A DNA stretch of 42,868 nucleotides from a virus. The position numbers and the translations under genes are program-made. The DNA lies in the IMG/VR virus record IMGVR_UViG_3300010331_000021, positions 1 to 42,868 of that record; one strand, 5' to 3'. Of this stretch, positions 7,917 through 16,394 are shown piece after piece (position 1 is the first letter of the stretch; every line of letters starts with the position of its first letter). The notes beneath the pieces were generated by a model. That model ran no database searches. It was not told the DNA's origin and was given only the letters and a program-made list of their open reading frames with translations.

Positions 7917-7967
7917 ATTATACCATAGTACAATTGTGTTGCATAGGTTACGTAACTATGGTATAAT
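7917..7967. promoter_or_regulatory. Back-to-back extended -10 promoters embedded in a 12-bp perfect inverted repeat
   Basis: TTATACCATAGT (7918-7929) and ACTATGGTATAA (7955-7966). Plus strand: TTGCAT (7939-7944), 17 nt, then TGgTATAAT (7959-7967). The minus strand carries the mirror-image TGGTATAAT (7925-7917). Confidence 0.6.
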
Positions 7968-7999
7968 AAGGCATAAACAAATTTGAGGGGGAAACAAAG

Positions 8000-8491
8000 A
8001 TGACAGAAGAAACATTTGAAGGTAATAAATTCGCTATACAGGTAATCTCGAAAGGTTCGTTTGTAGACAATGCTGGAGGTGGAAGCTCCTTTCTGGTGGA
8101 GGTAACCACCGTCCGCATGAACCACGTTGCGTTGGATGCGTGGATAATGTCAGCAACTATGAACCATCGCGATTGCTATGACACTAACGAAGAATGGGAA
8201 GCGCATAAAGCCGAGTATGTGGAACGCCGCAAAGCTGTGATAGCGCAGATGGTCGAGGCATTAGAAATTGACTCAACCAAAGGAAGCGTCAGTATCACGC
8301 AGTCACAGTCGGAAGTGTTTACCGTTGTGCATATTCGTGAAGTTGCTAAGGTTTATAAAAGGGATGGAATGAACTGTGTTGATCTTAACGGCACCTACAC
8401 ATATCTACCTGATGATCTAAGCGTGGGGCCTGGCAAGTGGATAGATGGCGAATACTACAGCGAAATCGCCATAGTCCAAACAAGTATATAG
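8000..8491 (+). CDS. Hypothetical 163-aa protein, first gene of the plus-strand cassette
   Basis: GAGGGGGA RBS 7 nt upstream. No recognisable motifs and no TM segment. Confidence 0.7.
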   Translation: MTEETFEGNKFAIQVISKGSFVDNAGGGSSFLVEVTTVRMNHVALDAWIMSATMNHRDCYDTNEEWEAHKAEYVERRKAVIAQMVEALEIDSTKGSVSITQSQSEVFTVVHIREVAKVYKRDGMNCVDLNGTYTYLPDDLSVGPGKWIDGEYYSEIAIVQTSI

Positions 8492-8544
8492 CTCAAAACC
8501 ACCAGCCGGGGCCAGTACCGGCGCCAGAGAAAGGAATGAAAAAT

Positions 8545-8736
8545 ATGTTTGAAAATTGGACTGATGATGAACTTCGTAACGCGATCTGGATGGATAAAGA
8601 CGGCATGGTGCCAAAGGGCGGTTACCCTCGGGAATGGTACGAAGATGAGTTATACCGAAGAACTGGAAGCAATAAAGGTTTTCATGAGGAATACCCTCAA
8701 GGCCAGCCGGGGCCAATCCGGCGAAGGAGGAAATAA
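8545..8736 (+). CDS. Hypothetical 63-aa protein with a basic C-terminus
   Basis: AAAGGA lies 9 nt before the ATG at 8545, inside the longer track ORF 8437..8736. Sequence: MFENWTDDELRNAIWMDKDG...RRRRK. Confidence 0.5.
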   Translation: MFENWTDDELRNAIWMDKDGMVPKGGYPREWYEDELYRRTGSNKGFHEEYPQGQPGPIRRRRK

Positions 8737-8737
8737 C

Positions 8738-9004
8738 ATGGACTATGAATCAATGTGGGCAGAACTTTACGAACTATTATTGAGTTGTGAGGAAAATGTC
8801 AAATCCAACATGGATGTTGTTAGAAAGATGAGAGCGATCAGGGAGAAACATTTTGAGGATAAGTTGCACCGTAAACCCCTAACCGCATCTGAAATGGGGA
8901 AGATTGGCGGGGCCAGCACATCAGAGGCCAAGAGCAAGTCTAGCGCGGCGAATGGCAAACTTGGCGGACGGCCAAAGAGGACTATTGATACTAAAGAACA
9001 ATGA
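8738..9004 (+). CDS. Hypothetical 88-aa protein with a Gly/Lys-rich basic tail (GKIGGASTSEAKSKSSAANGKLGGRPKR)
   Basis: AAGGAGGAA lies 5 nt before the ATG at 8738, in frame within track ORF 8549..9004. The stop of the previous gene is 2 nt upstream. Confidence 0.6.
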   Translation: MDYESMWAELYELLLSCEENVKSNMDVVRKMRAIREKHFEDKLHRKPLTASEMGKIGGASTSEAKSKSSAANGKLGGRPKRTIDTKEQ

Positions 9005-9006
9005 GA

Positions 9007-9045
9007 AAGCACTCGTCTCCGCCTCCACAGCTAAAACGAGTGCTT
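9007..9045 (+). other. 10-bp stem hairpin directly after the stop of 8738..9004
   Basis: AAGCACTCGT (9007-9016) pairs with ACGAGTGCTT (9036-9045), with a 19-nt loop. There is no clear U-tract. Confidence 0.4.
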
Positions 9046-9108
9046 ATATCAGACACCGGAGTGCCTTACTAACATTGTAAGCGATCGCTCCGGGTTAGAC
9101 AAGAGGGA

Positions 9109-10122
9109 GTGATTAATTATATGGCTGCACAAATACTTAGTTCCACCGCCGAGATTATGCTCGAGCAGATTACAGACGCTATCGATTGCCCCAATGCGGA
9201 CAAGCAGTATATCCAGCAAGCAATTACCGAAATACTAGCTCAGTACGATATTAAACCCGCCTTGGTCATGTCTGGCAATCCGGATCTAGCGCAGAAGATA
9301 AAGCTGTTTCTATCTGGAAAACGTCTGGAGGGTCTCGCGAAGTCAACTCTTAAAGGTTACGGTCATGAACTCCGCCTCTTCTCTCAATACGTCCCAAGGG
9401 CAACGGACGAGATAACTACAGGAGATATCCGGATTTACCTGAGCGAGTTTGAACACCTCAAGACATCTTCGCTCTCAAAAAGATTGTCGGTACTCAAATC
9501 AATGTTTGGATGGTTAACAGCTGAGAAGATAATCCCTAATGACGTGACAAAGCAAATAAAGCCGCCGAAGAAGGAGCAACGGATTCAAGAATACTTGAAT
9601 ATTGGAGAACTTGAGATGGTCAGAGAGGCATGCATTACTCCGAGAGAACGTGCGCTAATGGAAGTGCTGTATGCAACTGGCGGAAGGCTCTCTGAGATTC
9701 AGAAGATGAGTCGCGGAGATATCGACTATCAGTCCATGTCGGTATCGGTAATCGGGAAAGGAGATAAACAGCGCATTGTGTATTTTTCACAGAAAGCAAT
9801 ATACCACTTGAAGAAATACTTAATGCGTAGACTAGATGATAATCCAGCCTTATTTGTATCCATACGTAAGCCCCATGGCCGGCTCTCTGGGCGCGGGATT
9901 GAACATGTAATACAAGTTATATCAGATCGGTCTGAAGTAGAGAAAAATGTGCATCCGCATATATTTCGTCACACCTTCGCAACATTGCTTTTACAAAATG
10001 GTGCAAGTTTAATAGCCGTGCAGGAGTTACTTGGCCACTCCGATCCTAAAACGACAATGACCTACGTGAGCATTACATCGGAGCAGAAAAAACAATCATA
10101 CAATCAATACTTTGTTCAATAA
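9109..10122 (+). CDS. XerC/XerD-like tyrosine recombinase, the second recombinase in the genome. The likely start is the ATG at 9121.
   Basis: Catalytic residues seen in ATGGRLSE (R), HIFRHTFAT (H-x-x-R), LLGHSD (H) and MTYV (Y). An N-terminal SAM-like domain is present. Confidence 0.85.
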   Translation: MINYMAAQILSSTAEIMLEQITDAIDCPNADKQYIQQAITEILAQYDIKPALVMSGNPDLAQKIKLFLSGKRLEGLAKSTLKGYGHELRLFSQYVPRATDEITTGDIRIYLSEFEHLKTSSLSKRLSVLKSMFGWLTAEKIIPNDVTKQIKPPKKEQRIQEYLNIGELEMVREACITPRERALMEVLYATGGRLSEIQKMSRGDIDYQSMSVSVIGKGDKQRIVYFSQKAIYHLKKYLMRRLDDNPALFVSIRKPHGRLSGRGIEHVIQVISDRSEVEKNVHPHIFRHTFATLLLQNGASLIAVQELLGHSDPKTTMTYVSITSEQKKQSYNQYFVQ

Positions 10123-10150
10123 CGTCCTTCGGGGCGTTCTTTTTTTTTTT
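10121..10150 (+). terminator. Rho-independent terminator
   Basis: AACGTCC-TTCG-GGGCGTT stem-loop followed by a 12-nt T-run, starting at the recombinase stop codon. Confidence 0.8.
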
Positions 10151-10288
10151 CGTGGCATCGGAGTGAATCCTCATTTAATACAATTCAAATTGTAACCACT
10201 AACTATGTCGCATAATGCGTCAAATGTTCAGTAGGAGGGCAAAGAAATAGAAGCATCTCTGCTCCCTGCTTTGCCCTCGGTTATAATA

Positions 10289-10441
10289 CTACGCTGGAAT
10301 TGGGACAATCTTGTCTTGGAACCCATCAGCAATCAATATAAGATCTGTATCCTCTTGATAGGGTTTATAGGCTGTTTTTGAAAATACCGTTAAATAGTCC
10401 AACTTGTCGATCTCAATGCGCATTGCAAAATATACTGCCAT
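10289..10441 (-). CDS. 50-aa hypothetical ORF
   Basis: Own translation: MAVYFAMRIEIDKLDYLTVFSKTAYKPYQEDTDLILIADGFQDKIVPIPA. GGGAGGTGA RBS present. It follows the tail-fibre-associated gene. Confidence 0.4.
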   Translation of the reverse strand: MAVYFAMRIEIDKLDYLTVFSKTAYKPYQEDTDLILIADGFQDKIVPIPA

Positions 10442-10467
10442 ATCATTCACCTCCCTTCACCTCCTTT

Positions 10468-10794
10468 CTACATTAAACTCATAGCAAGAAAATCTACCAT
10501 AGAGTTTGTGGCTTCTAGACTAGATTTAAGAATAACATTGTCAGCGTTAAGCTGAATAAACTCTTCTTCTCTTGTTAAAGGTCTGTCTACATACTCATAC
10601 CACAAAATATTAGTAACTGGATTGAAATACAATTTATCTGCTTTGAATGGTCTAATTTCTGGTTCTGGGATGTCGATAGTTATTAATACGCCATCTTCCT
10701 TTTGTTCCTCTGACAATTCTTGCGGTATGAAATGAATACCTACCACTTGATATCTTTCAGGCGTTTCGATTTTGATAAACAGCAATTTTTCCAT
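10468..10794 (-). CDS. Tail-fibre-associated hypothetical protein (position as for PBSX XkdW-type genes)
   Basis: 108-aa ORF directly downstream of the tail fibre gene. Function is inferred from position only. Confidence 0.6.
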   Translation of the reverse strand: MEKLLFIKIETPERYQVVGIHFIPQELSEEQKEDGVLITIDIPEPEIRPFKADKLYFNPVTNILWYEYVDRPLTREEEFIQLNADNVILKSSLEATNSMVDFLAMSLM

Positions 10795-10807
10795 TAATAT
10801 TCCTCCC

Positions 10808-13516
10808 TTATATAATTACGCGCCTGTCTCTGACTAAGAGAATAGGAGCCTGAGTATTATTGACATTAACACCAGTGCCACCGTATATTACGCCGTTAGA
10901 GTAACCAAGAGAGGTTTTATTGGGGCAGTTGTCAAAAGACAATAACCCATTTGACTCGTTTACAGTAAGCCCCGTAGTTTTATCTATCCTTCTAATCTTA
11001 GTAGCGTCAATCGCATAAATCATTTCATCCGGTGTGACTATTCCCACACCTGCGCCAGTAGTAAAAGTAATGTTAGACCATATAGGTGTAATCGTTGGTG
11101 GGTTTGCGTACTTATACACACGACCTGTAGAATGGAATATATAGATGCAATCTGGAAATACATGTATACTGGTTCCAAATCCATAGGTCCCTAACGTAGT
11201 AGTACTAACGAGTGTACCCTCTGCCAAATTAATCTTTGAAATGCCGGGTTTCTGACTAGAAACGTAAAGATAGGCTCCATCCTCGCTAAGATTAGCACCA
11301 TAGATATTGCTTTCTCCACCCGCTAACCATGAACGACTATAAATTGGAGGTTGTACTGTTGGATCAAACTTTTGAATCCACCCTGCATCATTAACTACAT
11401 AAATATTACTAGATGGGTCAGTGAACATCCATATTAAGTTGTAAGATCCTACCGCTCTTTGATACTTAAAGACTAAAGCAGACGAGTATATAAGTATTAA
11501 TAAGTTTTTAACAATAGCAATATCGCCATTAGGTAAACAACAAATACCTGATATTTGAAAACCACTTGAGTAGGGTACGCTTATGTTATCCGCTATGACA
11601 CCTGTCTGTAAATTTGTTTTTATTAAAATCTCAGTATGACCAGAATACACATAGGTGCCATCTGCATCTGCTGCAATTACTGACTCAGTACCTGACATAC
11701 CTTTATAAGTTCTAACCAGAGGCGGTGACCCCGCTAAGGACGAATACAGCATAGTGTCACCCGGTCCATAAACTTTTGTATTTGTACCAATCACTTGCGT
11801 TTTGGCGTCTGTTGAATAAGCAGTCTTTCCGCTAGCTATATCAGCAGGTACGGCAGTTCCTGTTAAAGCTAATGTCCCAGTTAAACCTGTGTCATTGTCG
11901 TTGCTGAATGTTTTTCCCGCTAGTACGTCACCAACAACGGAAGTTCCCTCTGCACTAGCTTTGATAAAAAAACAATTACTCGCTAAGTTGTACCAGACCG
12001 TCACGGCTTTCCCTGCTGTTAGATTAGGCGCAATAACGGTGCTTGGTTTGTATAAAGACTTTCCATTTATGGTCGTCGCTGCCCCTGCATTATTTGCACT
12101 AACAACAAAGGTTTTAGCATAACCGTCTATCAACGCTGGAGTAGATACCGTTATTGCGGTCGCTGTTCCTGTTGCTAGTTGATACGCTATATCCGCCTTA
12201 TGCGCAGTAAGGTCTGCGTTCGTAGTGTCTAAAGAGGTTTGTGGAGCATAGAACGCAGGCAAGTTTCCTCCCAGTTTCTCAGCGTTATCCACTACGCCAT
12301 TACCAGCAACATCATAAACAGACTCGAGCATATCCCCTGTGCCTAATCCATCTGCACCAGTTGCGCCTGTTGCACCTGTGTCTCCTTTAATGCCCTGTAT
12401 CCCTTGGATACCCTGTGCGCCCGTTGCACCTATTGGTCCTTGAATACCCTGTGAGCCTGTTGCACCTGTGTTGCCTGTTACCCCTTGTATACCTTGGATG
12501 CCCTGAGTACCTGTGTCTCCTTTTTGTGCAATAAGTATCCAATAAGTAGCATTTGTTGGGATGTTGCCTGTGCTTGCTAGGATATTTTGGTAAGTGTTAC
12601 CTAGATAGGTGACTTTGTTTAATGGGACATATGCATGGGTATTGTTATAGACCTCTAAGAGCTTGAATGCTGTATTATTTGATTGTCGAGTATTTTCTGC
12701 ACCTACTCTACCCGTTTCAGCAGTTACTCTGTTAGCCTCTGCTGTATTAGCATTAGTGGTAGCTGTATTCGCATTGGTAGTTGCAGTATTCGCGTTAGTG
12801 GTCGCGGCATTAGCATTTGCGGTTGCTGTAGTTGCGCTAGTTGTGGCAGTAACAGCGTTTGCTGTGGCTGTGTCTGCATTTGTTTTAGCGGTATTAGCAG
12901 CCGCTGTGGCTGTAGTAGCATTAGAGGTTGCTGCGACGGCATTATTTGTTGCTGTTCCAGCACTAGCAGTTGCAGTATTGGCATTGGTTGTGGCTGTATT
13001 TGCAGCAGTAGTTGCTGTGATGGCTAACTGTCTAGTTGCCTCAGTTTCCGTAATCTTGTTAGTTGCTTCGAGAATTTTAGCGTCTAATATGGGGATCTCA
13101 TTTGTGCTAAGTACCGCCTTATCACTCGCTAATATAGCGGTGACATTAAAAACAAATTGTGCGGTGCTTAGTTTCTTTCCCAATAGAGAGAAACTAATTT
13201 CTGCTTTTACGGTTCCCACTGCCGCCAGAGTATTGGATTTAAGGACGCATTCAAGTTTGCCAGTTGTTCCCCCAGCTAAGATAGCAACACCCGTTGTTAA
13301 GTCTTGGATCACGAGCGTTCCGTCTGGCTTAGCAAAGGCTATCTCTATGTCCTGTCCTGCAATGGATACTGGTTGACCACCATCGACTATGGTAATTTCT
13401 AAGACTGACGTGTCGATATTGTTTTGCACAAAATTGATATTCAAGAGAGAACGTTGTTTAAAATCTAAGGTTACTTTGTATCTATTTTCCAAGGTTACAC
13501 CCCCTATTTTATTCAA
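10808..13516 (-). CDS. Tail fibre / receptor-binding protein. It has a BppU-like N-domain, Ala/Thr/Asn heptad repeats, a collagen-like G-X-Y run and a large C-terminal domain.
   Basis: 902 aa. [11 protein letters not shown]...[11 protein letters not shown] looks BppU_N-like. There are about 16 heptads of the A-x-T-A-x-x-N type. The G-X-Y run reads [58 protein letters not shown]. Confidence 0.85.
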   Translation of the reverse strand: MNKIGGVTLENRYKVTLDFKQRSLLNINFVQNNIDTSVLEITIVDGGQPVSIAGQDIEIAFAKPDGTLVIQDLTTGVAILAGGTTGKLECVLKSNTLAAVGTVKAEISFSLLGKKLSTAQFVFNVTAILASDKAVLSTNEIPILDAKILEATNKITETEATRQLAITATTAANTATTNANTATASAGTATNNAVAATSNATTATAAANTAKTNADTATANAVTATTSATTATANANAATTNANTATTNANTATTNANTAEANRVTAETGRVGAENTRQSNNTAFKLLEVYNNTHAYVPLNKVTYLGNTYQNILASTGNIPTNATYWILIAQKGDTGTQGIQGIQGVTGNTGATGSQGIQGPIGATGAQGIQGIQGIKGDTGATGATGADGLGTGDMLESVYDVAGNGVVDNAEKLGGNLPAFYAPQTSLDTTNADLTAHKADIAYQLATGTATAITVSTPALIDGYAKTFVVSANNAGAATTINGKSLYKPSTVIAPNLTAGKAVTVWYNLASNCFFIKASAEGTSVVGDVLAGKTFSNDNDTGLTGTLALTGTAVPADIASGKTAYSTDAKTQVIGTNTKVYGPGDTMLYSSLAGSPPLVRTYKGMSGTESVIAADADGTYVYSGHTEILIKTNLQTGVIADNISVPYSSGFQISGICCLPNGDIAIVKNLLILIYSSALVFKYQRAVGSYNLIWMFTDPSSNIYVVNDAGWIQKFDPTVQPPIYSRSWLAGGESNIYGANLSEDGAYLYVSSQKPGISKINLAEGTLVSTTTLGTYGFGTSIHVFPDCIYIFHSTGRVYKYANPPTITPIWSNITFTTGAGVGIVTPDEMIYAIDATKIRRIDKTTGLTVNESNGLLSFDNCPNKTSLGYSNGVIYGGTGVNVNNTQAPILLVRDRRVII

Positions 13517-13548
13517 CTAATGTGACACTTGATCCATTCGCTTTATTC

Positions 13549-15726
13549 TTAATTTAGCTCTACTAGTGCTAATCTTGCTTTTAAATCTTCAATCTCAATT
13601 TGCATTTCTTGTATCGCGTGGGTTATGGTTGGAATCAATACAGGAATGTTCGGTTGATAAAGTGATGGTTTTTGATTTCCTGCTTCGTCCAATCCCTGTT
13701 TTACTTCAAATGCAAAATCAGAGTCTATCTCCATTAATTCCTGAGATATTACCCCAACTTTTTCATGCCTATTTCCATCCTTCCAATCGAATTGACGATG
13801 CTTTATTAATAATATTTTAGCTAGAGAACTTTCTGTTGTGTCGACAATATTTGTCTTTAAAGAATGGTCAGACGTAAAAATAGTGACCCCCCAACTACTA
13901 CTACCAGTATTAACAGCCATATAGGGGGGAGGGCCATCAGCAATACCTATATGGGTTATTCCAGAAGTAAATCCAGTATCTGTTGGGACAGCTCTTGAAG
14001 AACCGAGATATGATAATGTCGAAGCACTACCACTACAACTTCCTATCAGATCGCCCGTTATTCCATTATTGGCATAAATTATACCTGTAGCTGTTAAAGT
14101 ACCATAAACAGTAAGGTTATTTTCAATAGAATCAATGTCTGCCATCAGTTGACCTGCCGCGGATAATCCAATTGTCTTAGCAGGTGCACCTTCATACATT
14201 CCAGCTATGAATTTAATATAGGGTAAGTTGTATAAGCCATTTATTTGTACACCAATATCTAATGCCAAATCTGTTCCGTTATACCCCTTCATTGATGAAC
14301 CAATGATAGATAGATAGTTAAAGGCAGTGGTCTTAAAAGTAGATCCAGTAATTGAAACCCCGTTAATTGTTCCACCGTTGATCTGATCTCCGGTTATGAG
14401 TAAGGCTGTAATAAACTTACCCACAATATGACCGTCTTGTGTGATCGCTGTATCGAATGGCCCATTAACGCCTGTCGCGCTATGACCAAACCCTCCAAGG
14501 TTCCAACGCCAGACATTAACGGCAGTCATTACGTCCGCTGTGTCCATAATTAGTATCTCGTAGGGCTTACCTGCTTCATCTTGACGTATTACTACGTTCC
14601 CGCCGTTTGAGCCCGTTATAAGGGCTGTGGCGTTATCGATGGCGAGTTGATAGGCGGATCTGACGTTGACTATTTCCTGCTTGACTGCTTGGATCGCGTT
14701 ACTTATTCCGGTGGCCAGGTTTGGTTTGAAAGAGCCTAGTTCAACCTTTTCAATTCGCTTAGTGCCATCTTTTCTAACCATTGTGATTAACTTAATTACT
14801 TTAGCTTTGAGATCAAGTCCTAACCGACTATGTCTGATGGTTACGGTGTCACCCTCATAAACACGTTCCAAAACTGCGTAATCCTTGTATTCTTCAGTCT
14901 TGGATAGCTCCATGAAGTCGATTTTGTAATTGAATTGAGGGATGTCTATTTTAGCATTGACCATGTACGCTGCGCCGGTTGTTCTCAGTGTTGCTTCATC
15001 TTCGCACTCTGAGAACTCTACGACCTTGATTTTAGGGTTTGGATAGTTTCCAATGTAAGGACTGTCAATATACTTTTCAGGAAGTAATAAACCGTCCTTA
15101 CCTATTGGCATTAAGCGAGTACAGAGGCCACTTGTGTCGAGTGTTTCTTCAATCCCTTGAATGTTCTTACCGTATGCAACTAGGACCCCTCTATCAAGGC
15201 CTCTAGCTCCTAGATAAGATATGAGGAAGTTATCTCTGACCAGTTCCCCGCCATACATACTTATAATCCCATCGGTCCCCATGATCGCTTCCACTGGGTT
15301 CTTACGAACAAAATATTTAGTATTCAATCCGCCAACATCACCCATACTGGTGAATGGATGCGCATATTGAGTATGAGTCAATATCCAGTCTAATGCGCCT
15401 TGACCACTTAAATTGGTTGGCCTTACATCTTCAAGAAGATTATCAAGGAGATCATAAAAGATGTGCCTGGCGTTGATTTTTATAGAGTTTAGAGTTTTTA
15501 CCTTGTGATAGATCCTAAATAACTGGCCATCCGCTTTGACGATGTTTCCCTCTAAAAGGTATTTCCATTTTCCACGTTCGTCCAGCGGGTACTCAAGCTC
15601 GCACTCAAAGATACCGTTTAATTCCTCCGTGATGAGGCAGGAAATAGTATCGGATAGTACCACCAGTCCATTGTTTGTGAATGCCGTTTCCTTGCTGTCG
15701 TATAAGGAGATCATAAGTACCTCCAA
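13549..15726 (-). CDS. Tail-associated lysin/Tal-type minor structural protein with a C-terminal S74-like intramolecular chaperone domain. The likely start is the ATG at 15714.
   Basis: The N-terminus MISLYDSKETAFTNNGLVVL is typical of siphovirus Tal proteins. The C-terminal SDHSLKTNI...ISQELMEID...LKARL resembles the autoproteolytic chaperone domain. There is an ATGA overlap with the upstream gene. Confidence 0.8.
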   Translation of the reverse strand: MEVLMISLYDSKETAFTNNGLVVLSDTISCLITEELNGIFECELEYPLDERGKWKYLLEGNIVKADGQLFRIYHKVKTLNSIKINARHIFYDLLDNLLEDVRPTNLSGQGALDWILTHTQYAHPFTSMGDVGGLNTKYFVRKNPVEAIMGTDGIISMYGGELVRDNFLISYLGARGLDRGVLVAYGKNIQGIEETLDTSGLCTRLMPIGKDGLLLPEKYIDSPYIGNYPNPKIKVVEFSECEDEATLRTTGAAYMVNAKIDIPQFNYKIDFMELSKTEEYKDYAVLERVYEGDTVTIRHSRLGLDLKAKVIKLITMVRKDGTKRIEKVELGSFKPNLATGISNAIQAVKQEIVNVRSAYQLAIDNATALITGSNGGNVVIRQDEAGKPYEILIMDTADVMTAVNVWRWNLGGFGHSATGVNGPFDTAITQDGHIVGKFITALLITGDQINGGTINGVSITGSTFKTTAFNYLSIIGSSMKGYNGTDLALDIGVQINGLYNLPYIKFIAGMYEGAPAKTIGLSAAGQLMADIDSIENNLTVYGTLTATGIIYANNGITGDLIGSCSGSASTLSYLGSSRAVPTDTGFTSGITHIGIADGPPPYMAVNTGSSSWGVTIFTSDHSLKTNIVDTTESSLAKILLIKHRQFDWKDGNRHEKVGVISQELMEIDSDFAFEVKQGLDEAGNQKPSLYQPNIPVLIPTITHAIQEMQIEIEDLKARLALVELN

Positions 15727-16394
15727 TTAGGAGTTATTAAGACTGAGGTGACTGTGCCGGTCCAGCTAATAGTATTCTCTCCTACTTTCAACTCGGGAAA
15801 TTCTCCATTCATTTGGTTGTTTTGCAGGGCTGTGTCTTTGAAGCAATCCATTAAATCTGAGTCGATTGTGACGTAGCCCACCACGTTGGTGAGGTGGATC
15901 ACGTTTCCATTGACACTAAGATCAATCGTTCCGGTGCCATAAACCTTAATCACTGGCTTGCTCTTGTAGGTCCCCCCGTTGTAGAGACTACCGGGAGCGG
16001 TGAGTGTAATGACCGGGTTTTCTATCATAGATGGGTGGGGTTGTCCCTTGAATATCAGGGGAAAGTCTCCAAGGATTGATAAACTCTGCGTTATGTCGAT
16101 TCTGTTAATTAACTTTGCCCTGTATGATCTATCTGATTGCCAGGAGAGGATCAGATCACTAAAACCGTCCAGCCACAATATAACCTCATCCTGATTTGTT
16201 GTATCGAGAAGAGTGCATACAAAAGGGAAGGTGATCGCCTTGTACGTGCCATCGTCTACAGTCAAATCACCATCTCTACCAGGTATTTCGATCTCTAGTA
16301 CGTTTCTCTCAGCCCTAACCACAGGAGGCCTTTCTTTAATTACAATCCCAAAGTCAAGATATGAATCTTTATTTTTCCAGATGAAGCTATACAT
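15711..16394 (-). CDS. Distal tail protein (Dit, Sipho_tail-like)
   Basis: 227 aa, located between the tape measure and Tal. MYSFIWKNKDSYLDFGIVI has the typical Dit N-terminus. Confidence 0.75.
   Translation of the reverse strand: MYSFIWKNKDSYLDFGIVIKERPPVVRAERNVLEIEIPGRDGDLTVDDGTYKAITFPFVCTLLDTTNQDEVILWLDGFSDLILSWQSDRSYRAKLINRIDITQSLSILGDFPLIFKGQPHPSMIENPVITLTAPGSLYNGGTYKSKPVIKVYGTGTIDLSVNGNVIHLTNVVGYVTIDSDLMDCFKDTALQNNQMNGEFPELKVGENTISWTGTVTSVLITPNWRYL

Noticed and set aside
8437-9004. The long overlapping track ORFs 8437..8736 and 8549..9004 taken at full length.
   Set aside because: Their 5' parts overlap the preceding genes in other frames and lack RBSs. Internal ATGs at 8545 and 8738 have good Shine-Dalgarno sequences and give a non-overlapping gene series.
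12663-13376. A long 237-aa Ala/Val-rich plus-strand ORF, and its neighbours 12683..13027 and 12724..12984.
   Set aside because: These are antisense or alternative-frame readings of the repetitive tail-fibre coding sequence. They are low-complexity, have no RBS, and are fully nested in a well-supported 902-aa gene.
9109-13516. A shufflon- or invertase-type switch of the tail fibre gene driven by the nearby recombinase.
   Set aside because: I could not find inverted repeats bracketing the tail fibre gene or alternative C-terminal cassettes. This is kept only as a low-priority hypothesis under the recombinase finding.
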